This document shows positions 51,812 to 55,706 of a stretch of 55,706 nt of DNA, piece after piece. Position 1 is the stretch's first letter, and each line of letters starts with the position of its first letter. A program made the position numbers and the translations under genes. Source of the stretch: Candidatus Uhrbacteria bacterium RIFOXYC2_FULL_47_19. GTDB lineage: Bacteria; Patescibacteriota; Patescibacteriia; SG8-24. A model generated the notes under the pieces. It was not told the DNA's origin and ran no database searches. It worked only from the letters and a program-made list of their open reading frames with translations. The stretch is taken from the NCBI GenBank assembly GCA_001791745.1, contig MGFG01000026.1:1-55706 (forward strand). The letters run 5' to 3'.

Positions 51812-52163
51812 TGTTTTTATGCGGAAGCTCGAACTTTTTTTGAAGAGAACATTTGAGAAAGTGTTTCATTTCGCTCCGCTTTCGCTCGCAAATTTTTGAG
51901 AAATTTGCGTTTCAAAACAGAAAAATTTTCCTCCAATTTTTTCGATTTCGCGCCCCCCCAATTTTTCAAAAAAGGAAAAGAAAATTTTTGTTTTGGATTT
52001 TTGTGAAACAAAAAGGCGGAAGCGGGGCTACGGCCTACGAATAAAAGGAAAGCGTACTTGACCCACCCAAACCCATTCGCGCACGCTTAAATCAATATAA
52101 CTCCCTTTTGGGATTTTAGCAGGGGTTTAGCGCCTTTTGTAAAATTTAAAAAGGCTTGGCAGC

Positions 52164-52206
52164 TACTTTACTTGACTAAATCACTGCACTATGCTAAAGT
52201 GCCAGT
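52164..52206 (+). promoter_or_regulatory. Leaderless promoter with two overlapping ACTTTA-N6-TAAAGT-like operators
   Basis: TTGACT 52172, 17 bp spacer, TAAAGT 52195, then GCCAGT-ATG; sites ACTTTA-cttgac-TAAATC and ACTGCA-ctatgc-TAAAGT. Confidence 0.7.
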
Positions 52207-52521
52207 ATGGATTGGAATGACAAAGGAAAAGAGCAGTTAATAAAGGCAATTTTATTGCTTAAAAACGCTGATGAAACACAGCGATTTTTGCGTGACTTGA
52301 TGACAGAAAAAGAAATCAAGGAGTTCGCAAAACGACTAAAAGCAGCGGAAATGCTTACAGAAAAAATACCATATTCTACAATCGAAAAAGAGACTGGCTT
52401 AAGTTCAACTACTGTTGCTCGTGTTGCAAAGTGGTTAAATGGAAAAGGCGGTGGCTACAAAATAATTATAAATAAACTCCATCATCATAACTCTATCCAA
52501 TCACGGAGAGGGTTGTCTTGA
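52207..52521 (+). CDS. TrpR-like YerC/YecD (HisR-type) repressor with C-terminal His3
   Basis: FLRDLMT..E......RL.AA.ML, Y..I..ETG.SSTTVARV helix-turn-helix. Confidence 0.9.
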   Translation: MDWNDKGKEQLIKAILLLKNADETQRFLRDLMTEKEIKEFAKRLKAAEMLTEKIPYSTIEKETGLSSTTVARVAKWLNGKGGGYKIIINKLHHHNSIQSRRGLS

Positions 52522-52581
52522 TGTAATTTCTCATCATCGCATGAACATAACCCCCTCCGTAATTGGAGGGGGTTTACGTTT
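52480..52581 (+). promoter_or_regulatory. His-codon transcription attenuator embedded in the repressor 3' end
   Basis: CAT CAT CAT 52480-52488; mutually exclusive 1:2, 2:3 (13/14 pairs) and 3:4 (10 bp) helices. Confidence 0.75.
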
Positions 52582-52632
52582 GCCTACCCACAATAAAACG
52601 GTAAACACAGTTCTTTAAAAAAGGAGAGAATC

Positions 52633-53520
52633 ATGCAGAAGCTCATCAGTTACTTCACAGACGGAATCTCGTCGGGGACGCTTCAGACAATTGGAGCGGA
52701 AGTCGAAACGCAGTTTGTGGACAAGGACGGCAAAGCAGTCCAGACCCAAACGTCTCAACAAATGTTGAGACACCTCGCCGAAAATGGTTGGGAAGTTGAT
52801 TGCCGTAAAGACAATCTCATCACAACCCTTGTTGATCAGAACGACAACAAAATTTTCTACGAGCTTGGCCGTCACAACATGGAGGTTTCAACGGCGGCCT
52901 CAACTTCCGCTTGCGTCCTCGATGTTATGCGGAAATGTCTTGCTCAACTCTACGAGTCCGCTCGAAGAGTTGGTGCGGAGCCGTTCTTCGCACCGATACT
53001 ATTTGGCGAAGAAGACCTACTGGTCATTCCCGACGAGAGAGACGCAGTCTGGTTGGAATTGGACGGACGAAACGCCCTTGCTCCGCTTGCGCGTACGTCA
53101 TCGGTTCAATTCACAATCTCGGTTTCTCCGCAGGATGCCATGAAAATCTTGAACAAGTTCGGGAAAAAGGTCGGTTCGTTCTTGACGGATTTTCCGCAAG
53201 ACGCGGTTTGGAAACGATACATCGTGGACTCGTCCGCGAAATATCTTTCTAACCGGTATGGTGGTCCTCTGGCATTCGAGTCGTTGGAGGATTACTGCCA
53301 AGCTCTTGTCCGACACGATGTTGTTCAAGGAGCGCGTCTCGTGCCGTTTCAGGATGTTAGTAATCTGGAGATATCTCTCTACCTACGCAGTATTTGGTGG
53401 CACTTCAGGCTCAAGCGTTATGGCAACGCTTTGTGCATTGAGGTACGCCCCATGGCTCGTAGGACAGACGAACAATTCCAACACCAACTAGATAAGGTGT
53501 TGGCAATCGTCTGCGCATAG
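52633..53520 (+). CDS. Glutamate--cysteine ligase (GCS2)-like carboxylate-amine ligase
   Basis: IGAEVE, YELG..NME, SSVQF, W..R.K, IEVR; AAGGAG Shine-Dalgarno. Confidence 0.65.
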   Translation: MQKLISYFTDGISSGTLQTIGAEVETQFVDKDGKAVQTQTSQQMLRHLAENGWEVDCRKDNLITTLVDQNDNKIFYELGRHNMEVSTAASTSACVLDVMRKCLAQLYESARRVGAEPFFAPILFGEEDLLVIPDERDAVWLELDGRNALAPLARTSSVQFTISVSPQDAMKILNKFGKKVGSFLTDFPQDAVWKRYIVDSSAKYLSNRYGGPLAFESLEDYCQALVRHDVVQGARLVPFQDVSNLEISLYLRSIWWHFRLKRYGNALCIEVRPMARRTDEQFQHQLDKVLAIVCA

Positions 53521-53546
53521 CGCAAAAACCTTGTGTGGTCTAACGA

Positions 53547-54374
53547 CTACACAAGGCTTTCTTTTTCTTCGCCTAAAAGAAAAACTTCGTCGCCAACTTT
53601 TGTGCCTTTGTGAGCAAAGAGTATTAGACTTTGCTTTGAAGTTTTTACTTCTTCTTGTCCGTCAATTCCGATAAGTTGATTTTCTTTCAACACCTCAAAA
53701 TTCTCAAATAGCTTCGACAAAGTAAATTTATCTGTTTTTGCGAAATATTTTTTGAACATTCGAACGTAGGCCTGTTTTTGCGGAATAAGATTATTTTTTA
53801 TGTGTCCTCTCGCTTTCAGAAAAGCAAAAACACTTTCTTCCGCTATTTTTATTGATTGTGGATCTTTCATGTAGCCACACTCCAAGCATATTCCCACTTT
53901 CCCAATACTGTTCATGTAATAATCTGTTCCACCCGGTTCTACTTTGTCGAAGCCAGACACTACAAGGTTAATTGGAAAAAATTTTACAATTTCTTTTGCA
54001 TTTGCTTCGCAAATTGCAAACGCCTTACTGTTTGGGATAGAGCTTGCATGTATATCGAGAAGTGCCTCGGCTTCGTTAAGATAATTTTTCAGAAATTGGG
54101 CGCGACCATATTCATAACTTTCTTTCTCACTTGTGGTAAATTGTTCATTGCGATTGAACATTCTATTCAAGTTGACTTCTGTATATCGTTTGTTCGTTTC
54201 AATCGCTCGCGGGTTTCCATAGCCAAATAAAACTGTCCCGCGCTCAATTTCGAGGTTTGGTAAAATTTTTTCCAATGCTTCCACTCCGCATTTTTCGTCA
54301 CCATGCACACCAACTAGAACGATACTGATCGTCCCTTTTTCTCTACCGTTGAGTTGAATTATTTTTTCAAACAT
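53547..54374 (-). CDS. Succinylglutamate desuccinylase/aspartoacylase family Zn hydrolase
   Basis: GVHGDE, NLNR, LDIH, LECG. Confidence 0.9.
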   Translation of the reverse strand: MFEKIIQLNGREKGTISIVLVGVHGDEKCGVEALEKILPNLEIERGTVLFGYGNPRAIETNKRYTEVNLNRMFNRNEQFTTSEKESYEYGRAQFLKNYLNEAEALLDIHASSIPNSKAFAICEANAKEIVKFFPINLVVSGFDKVEPGGTDYYMNSIGKVGICLECGYMKDPQSIKIAEESVFAFLKARGHIKNNLIPQKQAYVRMFKKYFAKTDKFTLSKLFENFEVLKENQLIGIDGQEEVKTSKQSLILFAHKGTKVGDEVFLLGEEKESLV

Positions 54375-54409
54375 ACTGGCACTTTAACAAACTAAAGCAA
54401 CCAGGTCAA
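54375..54409 (-). promoter_or_regulatory. Leaderless promoter with overlapping operator
   Basis: Minus strand TTGACC-17 bp-TAAAGT-GCCAGT-ATG; operator ACTTTA-acaaac-TAAAGC at 54381-54398. Confidence 0.7.
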
Positions 54410-54713
54410 GAGGAGTGAATGCCGTTGGGAATTTCGCAATGTCGCCAGCGTTGGGTTGGGTGGGACAATGGCGACCAAAAGTATAAATGGCTATAATAAT
54501 TGCTTCTGCCGTCCAGCTCTTTCGAAAAAGAGACTGGACTTCCAAAACAAAAATTTTCTTTTCCTTTTTTGAAAAATTGGGGGGGGGCGCGAAATCGAAA
54601 AAATTGGAGGAAAATTTTTCTGTTTTGAAACGCAAATTTCTCAAAAATTTGCGAGCGAAAGCGGAGCGAAATGAAACACTTTCTCAAATGTTCTCTTCAA
54701 AAAAAGTTCGAGC

Positions 54714-54783
54714 TTCCGCCTCGAACGAAACGGCCGCCACCCGCAAGAGGTGACGGCCATTTCGTGGAGCGGGTGACGGGAAT
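54714..54783. repeat. Right copy of the 57-bp direct repeat, extended by a 19-bp duplicate of the tRNA-Gly 3' end
   Basis: 54765-54783 TGGAGCGGGTGACGGGAAT equals 54973-54991. Confidence 0.9.
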
Positions 54784-54972
54784 TTCGCGTTGCGGTCCGA
54801 TCCATCTGGACTGGACCGCTTCCTTGCCTGGGTTGCGTCCGGTCCTGCACTAGTTCGGACCGGCCGACGCTCGGCTCGTCGTTCCTAGATAGGAACAACG
54901 AGCCTCACTTTCAACCCGTTCGATTCCCATATTATCTGCAACTCAAAACCGGCCTGTTGGCCGGTTTTGGCA

Positions 54973-55046
54973 TGGAGCGGGTGACGGGAATCGAACCCAC
55001 GTAGCCACCTTGGAAGAGTGGTGTTCTACCATTGAACTACACCCGC
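54973..55046 (-). tRNA. tRNA-Gly(TCC)
   Basis: GCGGGTG acceptor, anticodon loop CT-TCC-AA, U73 discriminator, CCA. Confidence 0.95.
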
Positions 55047-55076
55047 TTATTTTTATTTACTTCAATAACAGTTGAG

Positions 55077-55152
55077 TGGTCGGGGCGGGGAGATTCGAAC
55101 TCCCAATCCCTTGCTCCCAAAGCAAGTGCCTTAGCCATTAGGCCACGCCCCG
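55077..55152 (-). tRNA. tRNA-Pro(TGG)
   Basis: CGGGGCG acceptor, CTTGC-TTTGGGA-GCAAG, CCA. Confidence 0.95.
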
Positions 55153-55185
55153 TCGCAACAAATCTTAGCAAAAATCGACTTTCCA

Positions 55186-55222
55186 TGGTGCCGAGGGCCA
55201 GGATTGAACTGGCGACACGAGG
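55186..55222 (-). repeat. Duplicate 3' half of tRNA-Phe
   Basis: 37 bp identical to 55250-55286. Confidence 0.9.
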
Positions 55223-55249
55223 CCCCAGCGAAGAACTTTTTCCAGATCG

Positions 55250-55324
55250 TGGTGCCGAGGGCCAGGATTGAACTGGCGACACGAGGATTTTCAGTCCTCT
55301 GCTCTACCACTGAGCTACCTCGGC
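55250..55324 (-). tRNA. tRNA-Phe(GAA)
   Basis: GCCGAGG acceptor, GAGGA-CTGAAAA-TCCTC, CCA. Confidence 0.95.
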
Positions 55325-55386
55325 ACGCACCACGGTCTGGGAAATGTTTTAAGCGGATAAAATATGGCCGCACGCGCTAGCGTGCT

Positions 55387-55417
55387 GTCCTCTGCTCTAC
55401 CACTGAGCTACCTCGGC
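55387..55417 (-). repeat. Duplicate 5' half of tRNA-Phe
   Basis: 31 bp identical to 55294-55324. Confidence 0.9.
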
Positions 55418-55529
55418 ATTACGGAAAGCCGATTTTTTATCTTTTCAAGTTGACCATTTTGTTTTTCGGGTTAGATAGTCAGAGTTGATAATCGACTTAA
55501 ACTATCGATCTATCTAGCTAGCCTTGATC

Positions 55530-55706
<177 letters not shown>

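Larger units (their letters stand above)
51821..54719. mobile_element. Non-autonomous 2.9-kb cassette with about 178-bp terminal inverted repeats, inserted downstream of tRNA-Gly
   Basis: 51821-51997 is the reverse complement of 54541-54719 except C7 versus G9; flanked by 57-bp direct repeats; no recombinase inside. Confidence 0.8.

Noticed and set aside
51817-52044. Phe/Lys-rich ORFs here and at 54384-54898
   Set aside because: They are readings of the AT-rich inverted repeats and appear in mirror form at both ends.

Overview
Chromosomal window from a Patescibacteria (CPR, Parcubacteria-like) genome; this taxonomy is inferred from gene content and style. Core genes: polA, holA, rpsT, rmuC, ychF, rpsF-ssb-rpsR, epmA-efp, ftsK-rodZ-recA, rpoBC, yebC-ruvC, plus six intact tRNAs. 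Two regions stand out. (1) A 15.5-kb surface-structure cluster (6552-22074) sits behind a DnaA-box-rich promoter. It encodes two pilin/WxL-like subunits ending in Y-x-D-T-L-T-F-x-A-T-x-T-[YF], a DUF916-like membrane-anchored partner, a 1932-aa anchored adhesin sharing a domain with the major subunit, a 1218-aa fibre with two apparent autocleaving chaperones, and an O-antigen-ligase-like/TPR protein. (2) At the right end, tRNAs act as insertion and duplication hot spots. A 2.9-kb integrase-free cassette with about 178-bp terminal inverted repeats sits between 57-bp direct repeats of a palindromic tRNA-Gly trailer. It carries a TrpR/YerC(HisR)-like repressor whose own last codons (His-His-His) form a complete 1:2/2:3/3:4 attenuator, two mirror-image leaderless promoters with a shared operator, a glutamate-ligase-fold enzyme and an AstE/AspA-like hydrolase. 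Nearby are a tRNA-Phe nested between its own two halves and a tandem array of tRNA 3' halves. Also present: a candidate 6S-like RNA, a structured rpoB leader and palindromic MITE/REP-like repeats. No CRISPR array, integrase or transposase was seen. Coordinates were counted by hand and family assignments are by motif recognition only.
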